Shown here: positions 8,643 to 18,289 of the stretch, in pieces
Position numbering within the stretch: position 1 is the first letter of the stretch
How the letters are laid out: the number at the start of each line of letters is the position of its first letter
Source: Myxococcota bacterium
GTDB taxonomy: Bacteria > Myxococcota_A > Polyangia > Polyangiales > JBCCZL01
Length of the DNA: 62,496 nucleotides
Reading direction: 5' to 3'
Assembly (NCBI GenBank): GCA_039187775.1
Contig: JBCCZL010000001.1
Location: 1-62,496 of the forward strand
Notes under the pieces: model-generated
What the model was told of the DNA's origin: nothing
Database searches by the model: none
The model's input: only the letters and a program-made list of their open reading frames with translations
Program-made: the position numbers and the translations under genes

Positions 8643-10972
8643 GGTGGCTTTTCGCGTTGCTGCTGATCGCCGAGATGCTTGGCTGTCGCACCCCCACCCA
8701 GGTGTTCGTTCATGTCGCGGTGGAACCGGAGAGCCTCGAGGCGTCTCGCGAGCTCTGCATCCGGAGCGGGCCGGTCAACGGAGCGTGGACGAATTCTTCG
8801 TGCGTCGAGATCGCGCAGATCCCCGGCTCGAATGAGCCCGGCGAGTTTTCGACCCGGGTGCCGCTCTATGCGGGTTCGACGGATCGGGACCGAAGCTTTC
8901 GGTTTCAGGCGGAGCTCCAGAACGCCGCGGGGCAGGTGCGCAACGAGCGGTCGATCCTTGCGCGCTTTGTGCCCAGCGAGCAGTACGACGTGCTGGTGGG
9001 ATTGCGCGATGTGTGCCTCGATGTCGTGTGCAGCGACGTCGATCAGACGTGCGTGGACGGCGAGTGCGTCGATGTCAGTTTCGTGGGCGCTCCCGTCTCG
9101 TTTCTCTCCGACGCTCAGGAGGGCCTGGAAACGTCTCTCTTTCGGTGGGAGCACCCCCGTCCTGCGCCATGGGGGTACCAGGGTATGTGCATCACCTCGC
9201 AAGACGGCGAACCGACGCTGTCGTACCGCGTGGGGATCCACTCCCAAGTGTGGCGCAGCGATGCGGAGTGGATGAGCCCAGAGTTTGATTTCGGCGGGGG
9301 AAACATCACCGACATCGAATGTTGGAGCGACGGTCGCGCGGCGCTGGTTCTGGATCGTGGGTCGGTCGCCGAGTTCGATCCAAGCGCGGAGACCTGGGTG
9401 GAAGCGACCGATGTCGGTCCATGGACCCGCGAGCTTTGGGGAAGCTCGGGCGACGACATTTGGGTGGTCGGTGAGAACGGCGGATCCCAGGCGCTGGTGC
9501 ATCGGAAGACCATGGGGATGTGGCAGCCCGTCACCGTGCCCCCCGCGCAGGCCGACGCGAGCGCCACCGCGGTCTGGGGACGCGGTCCCGATGAAGTCTA
9601 TATCGGGTTTGGAGATGGCTCGGTTCTTCGGTTCGATGGGGCGACGTTTGAGTCGATCGGCCCGAGCTGCAGCGCATCGAGCTGTGCGGTGACGTCGATC
9701 TCCGGCAACGCGGATGTGGTGGTGGTCTCCCGCGACGATGCGTTGTTCGAGCTCGCCTCGGGAGGCTCGTTCGTGGCGGTTCCGGATGTCGCCTCGCCGT
9801 CGACGGTCGCGCTCGCCCCCGAGGGCTCCGGCGTGTCGGCCACGGGATTCAGCCGCGCCGCCTTTCGAGACCCGAACGGGAGGTGGGTCACCGAAGTGGA
9901 GCGACCTCCGTTCGACGGTGCGCTTCCCACCGACGCCGAAGTCCGGGGAGACCGCGCGCTCGTCACGGTACCGTTCGGGTTCTTCGAGTGGGATGGTTCC
10001 GGATGGGGCTCGAGAGCGGTGCGCGTGGTCAGCTCCGATCTCAACGCGGCAAGCTGGCACCCCACCGACCCCAATGGAGCGGTCGCGGTTGGAGCCAACG
10101 CCACCGTACTGATGCGGACCGGGCAGACGAGCTGGCACCGACGGCCGGTGTTGGGCCCCGACGGGTCGCTCGGCGCCACGCTTCACGACGTCGCCTATCT
10201 CTCGAGCGGCACCGTCGTTGCGGTCGGAGATGGCGGTTTGATCCTCGAGTCCGGTGAGGACGGCCAGTTCCGGGCGGTGTCCACGGGAACGGAGTCCCAC
10301 TTGCGGTCGCTGGTGGGCGGCGAAGGTGCGGTTGGCGGCGAAGATGCGGTTGGCGGTGAAGGTGCGGTCGCGGTGGGCGACGACGGCGTCGCGCTCGTTC
10401 GAACCGAGGACGGTTGGCGCATGGCGGACGCGCTCGACCCCATGGTGAACCTCACCTCCGTGGTGCGCGTCGGGGGGACGGTGCTGATCGGCGATGACCG
10501 CGGCTGCGTCCGAGTGCTCGACGATCGGGGCCGCGCCCCCATGTGTCCGGTTGCGGGTCCGGACGCAACCCGAGTCGAGCGGTTGCGGGCCGACGGTGAG
10601 AGCACGGAATCATTCCTCGTCTCCACCACGACCACGCGCCCCCGGCCCGACGGATCCGAGATCATCGAACCCAACCTCTTTCGGGTGCGGCTTGCCGAGC
10701 CCGCCACATTCGAGCCGATCGTATTTGGGAACACCGCGAATGTGCGGCCGATTCGAGACATGTGGGTCGATGACGGCAGCGACTCGGCCACCCTCACCCT
10801 GGTCACCCGCCTAGGGCAGCGCTCGACGCTGTTCATCGAAACGAACCCCGGCGAATTCGCGAGCTGGGGACCCGTCACCCAGTTCCACTACCTGCGCGGA
10901 CTGGCCGTTTCTCCCACCGGCCGGGTGCTCGGCGTCGGTTCGCGGGGAGCGATCCTTGGGTTCGAGCTCTAG
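8639..10972 (+). CDS. lipoprotein, probable beta-propeller
   Basis: ATG 8639 overlaps the upstream stop (ATGA). MRWLFALLLIAEMLGC has a signal plus lipobox. Recurrent W..G..GD.VW.VG..G blades. Confidence 0.7.
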   Translation: MRWLFALLLIAEMLGCRTPTQVFVHVAVEPESLEASRELCIRSGPVNGAWTNSSCVEIAQIPGSNEPGEFSTRVPLYAGSTDRDRSFRFQAELQNAAGQVRNERSILARFVPSEQYDVLVGLRDVCLDVVCSDVDQTCVDGECVDVSFVGAPVSFLSDAQEGLETSLFRWEHPRPAPWGYQGMCITSQDGEPTLSYRVGIHSQVWRSDAEWMSPEFDFGGGNITDIECWSDGRAALVLDRGSVAEFDPSAETWVEATDVGPWTRELWGSSGDDIWVVGENGGSQALVHRKTMGMWQPVTVPPAQADASATAVWGRGPDEVYIGFGDGSVLRFDGATFESIGPSCSASSCAVTSISGNADVVVVSRDDALFELASGGSFVAVPDVASPSTVALAPEGSGVSATGFSRAAFRDPNGRWVTEVERPPFDGALPTDAEVRGDRALVTVPFGFFEWDGSGWGSRAVRVVSSDLNAASWHPTDPNGAVAVGANATVLMRTGQTSWHRRPVLGPDGSLGATLHDVAYLSSGTVVAVGDGGLILESGEDGQFRAVSTGTESHLRSLVGGEGAVGGEDAVGGEGAVAVGDDGVALVRTEDGWRMADALDPMVNLTSVVRVGGTVLIGDDRGCVRVLDDRGRAPMCPVAGPDATRVERLRADGESTESFLVSTTTTRPRPDGSEIIEPNLFRVRLAEPATFEPIVFGNTANVRPIRDMWVDDGSDSATLTLVTRLGQRSTLFIETNPGEFASWGPVTQFHYLRGLAVSPTGRVLGVGSRGAILGFEL

Positions 10973-12522
10973 TGAGCGTTCAAACCGAGCCCGCGAGTGA
11001 CGCGGTTGCCGATCTCGAACCGCTCGTACGGGCGCTGTGGACGGGCAACCACCATGTGCTGAATGCCGCGACGAAGGTCCCGGGGGATTTGGGCGTCGTC
11101 GCGTCGTGCGGAGCGGCGCTTCAAGGCGACCCCGCGGGCGCCCCGGGCATCGAGGCGCTGTCTCGGATGCACGAGCCCGCGGCGGTGCTCGTCGCCGCCG
11201 ATCTCATGGCGAGACGTCACCTCTGGACCTTGGATCTCGAACTCGCCCAACGCGTGATGGACGTTGGCCGACCGCACGACAACGCAGACATCGCGGCGAG
11301 CTTTCGCGTCAGCTTTCGTGTCACCGAAGCCTGGATCGCGTGCTTTTCGGGCGAGTACGGAGCGGCGATGGCCCGTGCGGACGCCTCGTTTCGCGAGGCA
11401 TCGGAGCATCGCGCCGCGCATTCCGTCGTCGAGTCGACGGCGGTGCGTGCCCTCGCCGCCCTCGGCCTTCATGCACATGAGGAAGCGCTCGGCCTCGCGA
11501 GGCGGGCTTCGCGCATGGCGCAGACGGAGGCGCTGCCGTTGTGCAGCTACCTTGCCAATGTGGTGCTTGCGCGGGCGAGGCGCCTTCTCGGAGGCCCGTT
11601 TCTCGCGACGCGGATCCTGTCCGCGCTGCGCGAACAAGTCCCCGCGACCCTCCGGCCCTGGGTCGATTGGGAACTCACGCTTTCGCACGGTTCCGCGGTC
11701 GGGGCCATGGGGAGAGCCGCGAGCCTTCATCGGGCCCTCGAAGCGGCGACGATTCCCGAGCCGCCATTAGAGAGCCAGGAGCAAGAAACCCCCGCGCCGA
11801 TCGCGCAGGACCTCGAGCGCGTGCGGGCGATCTTGGATGTGTACGCCCCGCGTGCCGACGACGCGATCGGCGCGTTTCTCGAAGGCCGAGTGGACACTCC
11901 TCCGTTTGGGCTCGAAGGCCTTTGCTCTCGCTATCCCGCGGACATCGCGCGTGCCTATGTGTTGATCGCCCCCGAGCGTCGAGCCACCCGGGTGCTCGCG
12001 GTGTCCGCGTCCGCGCACTCGGGCCCGGGGGTGACGCGAATGGAGCGACCCACCCGAAAGGGGCGGCGAACCGATCATGCGATCGCCGTGCTCGCCCTGG
12101 CCGAGGGGGCGAGCTTGGAGCTCCTGTCGCTCTTTCGGCAGTGCTACGAGTTCCCATACGTCGCCGCCCGCCACGCCAATATGCTCCGAGTCCTGCTGCA
12201 TCGGATGCGGGACCGAGTGCGAGACGTCGCCGAGATTCGCCGAGACAACGATCGCCTGACGCTCGTTCCGGCTGCGAGCTTTCTTCTTCCCGACCCCCGC
12301 TGTACGCAGGCGGTCGGCGATCGCGCGCTTCAGCTGATGGCGCGCGAGCGCGGCCTCTCCGCGCGGCGCATCGCCACCGAACTCGGCGTCCCACTGCGAA
12401 GCGCCCAGACGATGCTGGAGGGACTGGTCGACGGGGGCGCATGCGCGCGAGAGCGCCGCGGCAATCGAATCGAATACATCGTGGAGGACACGACCTTCCA
12501 CGAACCCACGGGTTGGCAATAG
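10972..12522 (+). CDS. hypothetical protein with a C-terminal winged-helix-like DNA-binding region
   Basis: GTG start shares one base with the upstream TAG (10970-10974). C-terminus LSARRIATELGVPLRSAQTMLEGLVDGG...RGNRIEYIV looks like a MarR/wHTH fold. Confidence 0.6.
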   Translation: MSVQTEPASDAVADLEPLVRALWTGNHHVLNAATKVPGDLGVVASCGAALQGDPAGAPGIEALSRMHEPAAVLVAADLMARRHLWTLDLELAQRVMDVGRPHDNADIAASFRVSFRVTEAWIACFSGEYGAAMARADASFREASEHRAAHSVVESTAVRALAALGLHAHEEALGLARRASRMAQTEALPLCSYLANVVLARARRLLGGPFLATRILSALREQVPATLRPWVDWELTLSHGSAVGAMGRAASLHRALEAATIPEPPLESQEQETPAPIAQDLERVRAILDVYAPRADDAIGAFLEGRVDTPPFGLEGLCSRYPADIARAYVLIAPERRATRVLAVSASAHSGPGVTRMERPTRKGRRTDHAIAVLALAEGASLELLSLFRQCYEFPYVAARHANMLRVLLHRMRDRVRDVAEIRRDNDRLTLVPAASFLLPDPRCTQAVGDRALQLMARERGLSARRIATELGVPLRSAQTMLEGLVDGGACARERRGNRIEYIVEDTTFHEPTGWQ

Positions 12523-12576
12523 CCCGCATCGGTCACCCCCACGACCGACAACGACGAAACGGTGTTCGCGGCCGCC

Positions 12577-13902
12577 CTACGCCGGCTCATGGAAGGGGCC
12601 CTCGATTTCGTAGGTGATCCCGTTGCCGTCGATCCCGCGTTGAGAGCTAAAATACAGTCGCGTGCCGCTGGGGTCGAACGCGGGCCCGGTGATCTCTGAG
12701 CGGTCCTGGCCAACGATCTGCATGAGAGGTTTGAGCTCCCCGCTCGGCAGAATGGCAACGATCTGCATGGACCCGCCGTCTTCCGCGACGAGCACATCGC
12801 CGCAGCAGGACACCGTGACGTTGTCGACGCCCGTCAACGGGGGGTTGGCGATCGCTTCACCATCGTACAGAACCGCGATCTGCGATGTCGCAACTTCATA
12901 GGCCCACACCCGGGTGTCGCCCTTGGTGGTGAAGTAGACCATCCCGTCGTGGTACCAAATGCCTTCGCCGCCATTGAACTCGGTGCTCTCGGGAACTTGC
13001 TGCCGAGTGGGCACCGGCCCGGCGAGGTTGGGATCGGGCACCTCGAACCAGGTGACGGCACCCATCATGTCGACGGAGGCAATCTCGAGCGTGCCCTCGC
13101 TGAGATTTGGTCGACCCAGCGGCGTTCGACCGTTGGGAATGAACCGGTAGAAGCCTCCTCGACGTTCGTCTTCGGTCAGATAAACGACGCCCTGGTCAGG
13201 ATCGACGGCCGCGGCTTCGTGCTTGAAGAAGCCGAGAGCCGGACGGAGGATCGCTTCGTGCTCTCCCCACGGGTCGCACTCGAATACCCGACCCCCTTCG
13301 ATCTCCTCGCAGGACAGCCACGAGTGCCACGGAGTGGGCCCGCCGGCGCAGTTGACCTGAGTGTCACGAAGCATGGAGTAGGCGGACGTCAAGGTACCGG
13401 CCGAATCGAAGCGCAACGCTCCAACCCCGCCGATAAACGGAACTTCCGAGTTTGAAACGTAGATCCAGCCGTCATCCTCGGTGGCGAAGGTGGCTCCGCC
13501 GTCCGGGGCCAGATGCCATTCGTGCATGGTTCCCGGCACCCGTTGCTGGCTCGTGGCGAGGACGCGGGATGTGAAGCCGGTGGCCAGACGAACGCCGTTG
13601 GGGTCGGGAGGGGTGAGAGGCCCCATCTCCGCGATCAGCGAGCGAAGGGCGGGCCGCGCGGGCACCGTGCGCTCGGGCAACTCGGTGAGCGCGGCTGCCG
13701 CGTCCGCGTCCATTCCACTGGCGTCCAAGGTCGCATCGGCGTTTGCGTCGGTCGCCGGGGAGGCGTCCGGGGCCGTAGAGCCATCATCTCCGCAGCCGAA
13801 CAGCCGGGGTCCTACAAGCGCGCTGGCGAGTCCAGCGAGCCCCCGCCGCAATACCTGCCGTCGTGGCAGCAGCAATCCCTTGTGGGTGACAACCTTCGCC
13901 AT
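12577..13902 (-). CDS. PhoX/DUF839-family secreted protein (Tat signal)
   Basis: RRQVLRRGLAGLASALV twin-arginine leader. VNCAGGPTPWHSWLSCEE matches the NCAGG.TPWGTWLTCEE signature of DUF839/PhoX. Confidence 0.8.
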   Translation of the reverse strand: MAKVVTHKGLLLPRRQVLRRGLAGLASALVGPRLFGCGDDGSTAPDASPATDANADATLDASGMDADAAAALTELPERTVPARPALRSLIAEMGPLTPPDPNGVRLATGFTSRVLATSQQRVPGTMHEWHLAPDGGATFATEDDGWIYVSNSEVPFIGGVGALRFDSAGTLTSAYSMLRDTQVNCAGGPTPWHSWLSCEEIEGGRVFECDPWGEHEAILRPALGFFKHEAAAVDPDQGVVYLTEDERRGGFYRFIPNGRTPLGRPNLSEGTLEIASVDMMGAVTWFEVPDPNLAGPVPTRQQVPESTEFNGGEGIWYHDGMVYFTTKGDTRVWAYEVATSQIAVLYDGEAIANPPLTGVDNVTVSCCGDVLVAEDGGSMQIVAILPSGELKPLMQIVGQDRSEITGPAFDPSGTRLYFSSQRGIDGNGITYEIEGPFHEPA

Positions 13903-13979
13903 TGGAAGAGGTTGGAGGATTGTGAAGTGACATACAAGTCCATCACCGCTGCGTTAATGATCGGAAGCGGGTTCCGGGC

Positions 13980-14351
13980 TTGTCGAGTGGATCCGACCAT
14001 CGCTTGAGAGGTCTGGTGAGCTGGTGTGCGGCCTCCGGGTTGGCAGGGTGTGGCTTTCACCGCAACATGCATCGTTTCGACGACATCGAGCTTGAGGAGC
14101 GGGACGCCTGCGAGGTGACGCTGGTGGCGTCGCCTCCGCTCGAAGCCGAGTTTCGGATGGTGCACGACGATCGTCTCGAGCTTCGAGTGGCGGCGACCGA
14201 CGAGCTCGTCGCCTACGGGTTCCCAACCGAACGGCTGGCCCGATGTGACGGCTCGCCGGCTGAACTTCGAATCCTGCGCAGGGGCTACACCAGGCCACGA
14301 CGTCGCAACAGCGCATCGGTCGTGGGCAGTCGTCCCCGGAATGCGACGTAG
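13980..14351 (+). CDS. possible small lipoprotein
   Basis: TTG start and a lipobox-like SGLAGC. The 3' 67 nt overlap the convergent dcp-like gene, so the true end and the reality of the gene are uncertain. Confidence 0.3.
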   Translation: MSSGSDHRLRGLVSWCAASGLAGCGFHRNMHRFDDIELEERDACEVTLVASPPLEAEFRMVHDDRLELRVAATDELVAYGFPTERLARCDGSPAELRILRRGYTRPRRRNSASVVGSRPRNAT

Positions 14352-16300
14352 CTGTCTTCCGGCGGGCGTTTGCCGCCTGCGCTGTAGATGAAGTCGTGGA
14401 GCTTTGCCTTGACGACGGAGTCAAACAGATCGCCCGCTTCACGAAACGCCTCGAACGCGTCGGCATCGAGAACGTTCGCCCACAGGTAGCTGTAGTACTG
14501 CCCGGCGTAGTCGGCGCCGGCAAACAGATGCTGAAAATGTGGCACCCGGTGTCGCATCTCGATCTCTCGGGGCATTTCAAGCCGACCAAGTGTGGCCTTT
14601 TCGAGGTCGGCCACCTCGCCTTGTCGGGCGTCATGGATCTCGAGATCCACGGCGGCAGATGCCACGTATTCGACGGTTTGAAATCCCTGATCCAAGTTCC
14701 GGGCGGTGATGATGTCTTCCCGCAATCGCTCCGGCATGGCTTCTCCCGTTTGATAGTGGCGGGCGAACTCATCGAGGATTTCGGGTTGCTCGAGCCAGTG
14801 CTCGAACAGCTGTGACGGGAGCTCGACGAAATCCTGGGCCACGCGAGTGCAGCCGATCGAGGGGAACCGAACGTCACTCAGCAAACCGTGGAGCGCGTGC
14901 CCGAGCTCGTGAAAGAGGGTTCGTGCATCGTCCATCGACAAGAGTGCCGGCTCGACCTCGTCTCCGGCCCGCTTTGGCGGGTTGAAGTTCAACACATTGA
15001 CCACCACCGGTCGAACATCGCCGTCGAGCTTGTGCTGGACGCGATATTCGCTCATCCACGCTCCGCTGCGCTTGGATGGCCGGGCAAAGTAGTCGCCGTA
15101 GAACACGCCAACCACGTCGTCTCCCCGCCGCACCTCGTATGGGGCGACGTCGGGATGATAGGCGGGGAGCTCGGGCGTCGGTTCGAAGCGCACGCCGAAC
15201 AATCGCTCAGCACACGCGAACGCGGCGGCGCGCACCGACTCGAGCGAAAGATAGGCGCGAGCGTCCGCGACATCGAGCCCTTGCGCTACCCGATGCCGGG
15301 CGGCGTAGAACCGCCAGTCCCAAGGCTCGAAGACTTCGATCCCGTCTTCGGCCGCGAGGCGGGCCAGCGCGTCGCGTTCGGCTTCGGCTCGCTTTCGCGC
15401 GGGATGCCACACCTCGTCAAAAAGCTGTCGAACCGAATCGGGGGTCTTGGCCATGCCCGGCGCGAGGGCATATTCCGCGTAGCTCTCGTAGTTAAAGAGC
15501 CCGGCAAGTTCCCTCCGAACGGCGACGATCTCGTTCAGGATCGGGCGGTTGTCTCGTGAGGGCGTTTCGCCTCGTCGCGACCAGGCTTCGTATACGGTCT
15601 GGCGGAGGTCTCGTCGTTCCGAGGACTCGAGAAAGGGCATCACCATCGAGCGAGATAGCGTCAGCACCGGGTGCTCGCTTCCTCGTTCGTCGCCGGCCGC
15701 CCGGCACGCGGCCACCAGGCTGTCCGGAAGTCCCGCCCGCATCGAAGGCTCGGTGAGCGGCAACGCCCAGTCGGCCTCGTCGGCCAAAAGATGTTCGCCG
15801 AAGGTCGAGTAGAGCGAGGCAAGCCGCTCCTGAATGGCGCCGACGCGTTCACGTTTTGCTTCGTCGAGCGCGGCTCCCGCGCGCTCCATGCGCTGCAAAA
15901 GGAGCTTGGTGACACGTTGTTCCTCGCCGTGGAGAGAGTCGATGTCGATCTTAGAGACGCGCTCGTAGAGAGGAGCCGACGACTGCAGGCGATGGTGATG
16001 CAGAGCAAGCACCGGCGCGATACGAGTGCGAACCGCCTGAAGCGCAGGTGTCGTGTTCGCCGACTCCAGGTTCCAGAACACCCCTTCGACGCGCGCGAGC
16101 AGGGAACCGCTGCGCTCGATCGCTTCCACTGTGTTCTCGAATGTCGGAGGGGAGGAATCGCTCAAGATGACAGCGATTTCATTTCGATGCGTGCGAAGGG
16201 CTTCCTCAAAAGCCGGCTCGAAATGAGTGACTTCAATTTGCGCGAAGGGTGGCAGGGCGTGCGGCCCAGTCCACGGAGCGGTCAGCGGGTTTTCAGCCAT
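14285..16300 (-). CDS. dcp: M3-family zinc metallopeptidase (peptidyl-dipeptidase Dcp / oligopeptidase A type)
   Basis: HELGHALH zinc motif. N-terminus MAENPLTAPWTGPHALPPFAQI is typical of Dcp-like proteins. Start trimmed from 16477 to ATG 16300. Confidence 0.85.
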   Translation of the reverse strand: MAENPLTAPWTGPHALPPFAQIEVTHFEPAFEEALRTHRNEIAVILSDSSPPTFENTVEAIERSGSLLARVEGVFWNLESANTTPALQAVRTRIAPVLALHHHRLQSSAPLYERVSKIDIDSLHGEEQRVTKLLLQRMERAGAALDEAKRERVGAIQERLASLYSTFGEHLLADEADWALPLTEPSMRAGLPDSLVAACRAAGDERGSEHPVLTLSRSMVMPFLESSERRDLRQTVYEAWSRRGETPSRDNRPILNEIVAVRRELAGLFNYESYAEYALAPGMAKTPDSVRQLFDEVWHPARKRAEAERDALARLAAEDGIEVFEPWDWRFYAARHRVAQGLDVADARAYLSLESVRAAAFACAERLFGVRFEPTPELPAYHPDVAPYEVRRGDDVVGVFYGDYFARPSKRSGAWMSEYRVQHKLDGDVRPVVVNVLNFNPPKRAGDEVEPALLSMDDARTLFHELGHALHGLLSDVRFPSIGCTRVAQDFVELPSQLFEHWLEQPEILDEFARHYQTGEAMPERLREDIITARNLDQGFQTVEYVASAAVDLEIHDARQGEVADLEKATLGRLEMPREIEMRHRVPHFQHLFAGADYAGQYYSYLWANVLDADAFEAFREAGDLFDSVVKAKLHDFIYSAGGKRPPEDSYVAFRGRLPTTDALLRRRGLV

Positions 16301-16554
16301 CGGAAGGAAATCTAGGGCGCTCGTGGCCCAAGCAAAAGCACTACGCTTTGAACTTCCGGCGCGAGCACGCAGCGCGCGGAGATCCGGCGCCGGGGAAAGA
16401 GTCAGTACCAGGTTGATGCCCGACGGCTCCATGGATACAGGCCACCGCTTGTCTCGAGCAGCCGTCACGACTCGCAATCGCTAAGATTTTACCCGAAGAC
16501 CGCCGACCGACGCCTCAACCTGCTACTGATCTTCCTTAACCTTCCCCCGCCGCT

Positions 16555-18021
16555 CTACGGAACCCACGTGACGTCGATCTGAAAGCTCGTTGACGTCACG
16601 CCCAGGACGGCGATGTGCGCTTCGGCGCCGCCGGCGGGCACGGTCAAGCGGCAAGTTTCGGAAGAGCCTGAGGTGCTCGGGCGGCAATCGAAGGCGGTCG
16701 AAGTTGGCGCCGCACCAAATCGAACGAAGAGGTCGGCATTGCCGCTGCCGCTCATCACCACCTCGAAGGTGGTCCCTCCCGCGGCAAGGATTGGTTGGTA
16801 GCGACTCGCCGCTCCCGCGGCGAGGGTCCCTGACGCACTGCCCGTTCGGGGTGGGGTCGCCGGAGGTGCGGCACTTGTCGTCGTCGTCAACGAGAACGTC
16901 GATGCCGCAAACGCGTGGACGAGCACGTAGACGTTGCGGGCACCGGTGGGAGTCAGGGTGCAGCTCTCGTTGGCGGTAGACGTCCACGAGCGGCAATCGA
17001 AGGACGAGGTCGTGGGAGGAGCATCGAACCCAAGGTAGAGATCGGGATCCCCGGTGCCGGTGAGCGTCGCCTGGAACGTTGCGCCCGCCGGGACCGCAAA
17101 TGGGCCAACGACTTGTTCGGCGCCTGCGGCGAGCGATCCGCTGGTCGCCCCGGCAGGCGGCGGCGTGGTCGGCGGCGTGGCGGTGGGCGCTCCGAGCGTG
17201 AGGCCCGTTCGATCCTCGATGAACGAAGTGAAGCTTGCAACGCGCGCATACATGCCCGGGAATCGCGGTGAGCCGCATCCCGCTCCCCAGCTGACGACGC
17301 CCGCGAGCCAGGGCTCCCCGCCCGGACCGTTGACCACGAGGGGTCCGCCACTGTCGCCCTGACACGAGTCGCGGCCGCCGACTCCGAGCACTCCGGCCGC
17401 GAGCTGATCCGAAGTGAGCCGACCGTAGGCCCGCTCGGCATCGGTCAGCGAGACGATGGGGACGTCGACCGCTTGAAGCTGTCGAGGGCTGCTCCCGCCG
17501 GCGCTGAGTGTGCCCCAGCCCGTCACCGTGGCGGTGACCCCCGGGTCGGTGAAGCCTGCCGACTCTTCGGCCGGGGTGATCGGTGAGATGGCGCGGGTGC
17601 GCACCCCATCCAACGCGATCGCAGGAGACACCTGGAGGAGCGCGAAGTCGGCACCGGTCTCCGGCGTACGGAAACCAGCGGCGATCGCCCCGCCCACGAT
17701 GGAGACCTCCTGACCGACCGAAGTCCGGGTGCTCGTTCCTGCGACGATGGTGACGCCGCTGACCCCGGTATCGACGCAGTGCGCCGCGGTCACCACCCAG
17801 TCCGGACTGAGGATCGAGCCGCCGCAGAAGTGAGAGCCAAACCGTCGCAGCGAGACCTGCCAAGGAGCCGATTCGATCGACACCGGCCCGCCACCCACGA
17901 TGGGCAGGCCCTTGCCCTCGACCTCGACATCCATCTCGGTCACTTCGGCTACACACCCCGTGTTTAGGGACAGCACCAACCCGAAGCATCCCAGTACAAA
18001 TCCGACCCGCGTTGCACTCAT
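16555..18021 (-). CDS. secreted trypsin-like (S1) serine protease with two C-terminal PPC-like domains
   Basis: IVGG maturation site. Triad contexts TAAHC, DFALL and GDSGGP. Two repeats of about 100 aa ending in DLYL/DLFV..F...C resemble pre-peptidase C-terminal domains. Confidence 0.9.
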   Translation of the reverse strand: MSATRVGFVLGCFGLVLSLNTGCVAEVTEMDVEVEGKGLPIVGGGPVSIESAPWQVSLRRFGSHFCGGSILSPDWVVTAAHCVDTGVSGVTIVAGTSTRTSVGQEVSIVGGAIAAGFRTPETGADFALLQVSPAIALDGVRTRAISPITPAEESAGFTDPGVTATVTGWGTLSAGGSSPRQLQAVDVPIVSLTDAERAYGRLTSDQLAAGVLGVGGRDSCQGDSGGPLVVNGPGGEPWLAGVVSWGAGCGSPRFPGMYARVASFTSFIEDRTGLTLGAPTATPPTTPPPAGATSGSLAAGAEQVVGPFAVPAGATFQATLTGTGDPDLYLGFDAPPTTSSFDCRSWTSTANESCTLTPTGARNVYVLVHAFAASTFSLTTTTSAAPPATPPRTGSASGTLAAGAASRYQPILAAGGTTFEVVMSGSGNADLFVRFGAAPTSTAFDCRPSTSGSSETCRLTVPAGGAEAHIAVLGVTSTSFQIDVTWVP

Positions 18022-18107
18022 CGTTCACGCTCCTCGCAAAGACGAGAGCGAACATAGGGACTGGTGAGGGTCCTCTCAAACCGGTGGGGTCAGGAGACCC
18101 AAGCGGC

Positions 18108-18122
18108 TATATCACTGATATA
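18108..18122. promoter_or_regulatory. 15-bp palindrome TATATCA-C-TGATATA in the AT-rich leader of the protease gene
   Basis: Perfect 7-bp arms read directly from the sequence. Located about 90 nt upstream of the start at 18021 in a locally AT-rich patch. Confidence 0.25.
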
Positions 18123-18289
18123 TTGGTGTTTTTGATGGCTGTGCAAGTTTGGGTCATCGCCCTTCAGCTTTAACGGACAGGGTTCATTTCCGTGACACTA
18201 GAACGATCTTGTCTGGTGGTGCCTGAAGGCCCCGATGGTGGAAGGTCGCGGCTCCCCGCGGGGAACACACTTCGCGAAATGCCTTGAGG

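Noticed and set aside
16523-18079. A 518-codon ORF on the same strand as the protease but in another frame
   Set aside because: The 16555..18021 frame carries IVGG, TAAHC, GDSGGP and the PPC domains. The alternative frame is Arg/Gly-rich nonsense.
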